From Octopus bimaculoides (taxonomy: Eukaryota), in NCBI RefSeq assembly GCF_001194135.2, contig NC_068990.1:64455454-64519453 (forward strand): DNA of 64,000 nucleotides, given 5' to 3'. This document shows positions 63,547 through 64,000 of this stretch, piece after piece (position 1 is the stretch's first letter; the number at the start of each line of letters is the position of its first letter). The notes beneath the pieces are model-generated. The model ran no database searches. It saw nothing but the letters and a program-made list of their open reading frames with translations, and was not told where the DNA came from. A program made the position numbers and the translations under genes.

Positions 63547-63666
63547 GCATTATTAACTACTAACGGACCAAGCACTAACAGAATGGATACCCGATATTCA
63601 AGACTTGACACAGAGATGGAAAGAAGTAACCAAAGATTTATTGATGATAATGAACAACAACAACAG
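63547..63666 (+). CDS. STX6: Syntaxin 6 coding exon 5, 120 nt
   Basis: tttcAG|GCA...CAG|GTTATA; encodes ALLTTNGPSTNRMDTRYSRLDTEMERSNQRFIDDNEQQQQ, similar to human ALLG...[26 protein letters not shown], the linker before the SNARE motif. Confidence 0.93.
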
Positions 63667-64000
63667 GTTATAACTTTAAATTGAATGTCTTCTGGTTAAA
63701 AGTGGGGCTATTTCAGGAAAATAACTATTCAGTTTTCGATTTTTATAAGAGTTTTGGATGATGAAAAAGTTACAAAATAACCTTAAATGCTGCCTGAATA
63801 TACAGACCTTTTCAAAGTTTCAACATGTTATGAAACTGTACTTGTGTGAGCCTCTTGAATACGTACCTTTATACATGTATGTTACATAAAAACTGCTCTG
63901 GGACCAGTATCATCATCATCATCACCACCATCATCATCATTTAACATCCATTTCTGGTATACTTAAACTGTGTATGAGCTTGTGTGTAAATATTCACTTG

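Overview
AT-rich, microsatellite- and transposon-dense animal genomic DNA with 11 scaffold gaps. The repeat families (SINEs, RTE LINE tails ending in (GAT)n, mariners) look like a coleoid cephalopod, probably Octopus; this is inference. The only host gene I can support is syntaxin 6 (STX6) on the + strand: four coding exons at 27151-27320, 51743-51837, 58208-58270 and 63547-63666 (exons 2-5 by vertebrate numbering). Exon 1 was not confidently found, and the SNARE and transmembrane exons lie beyond the window. Main observations: (1) The 24.4-kb intron after exon 2 has a minor-spliceosome (U12) 5' site (ATATCCTTT) and branch site, and can only keep the reading frame by ending in AA, making it an AT-AA intron. 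An overlapping cryptic GT-AG pair also keeps the frame, a twintron-like arrangement. (2) A 530-bp MITE with 27-bp perfect TIRs and an 8-bp TSD carries a head-to-head telomeric (CCCTAA)n/(TTAGGG)n palindrome. (3) A minimal type I hammerhead-ribozyme-like motif has a variant CUGUUGA core. The rest is decayed mariner, maT, pogo, piggyBac-MITE, Penelope, RTE, CR1 and R4/Dong-like fragments plus several SINE families.
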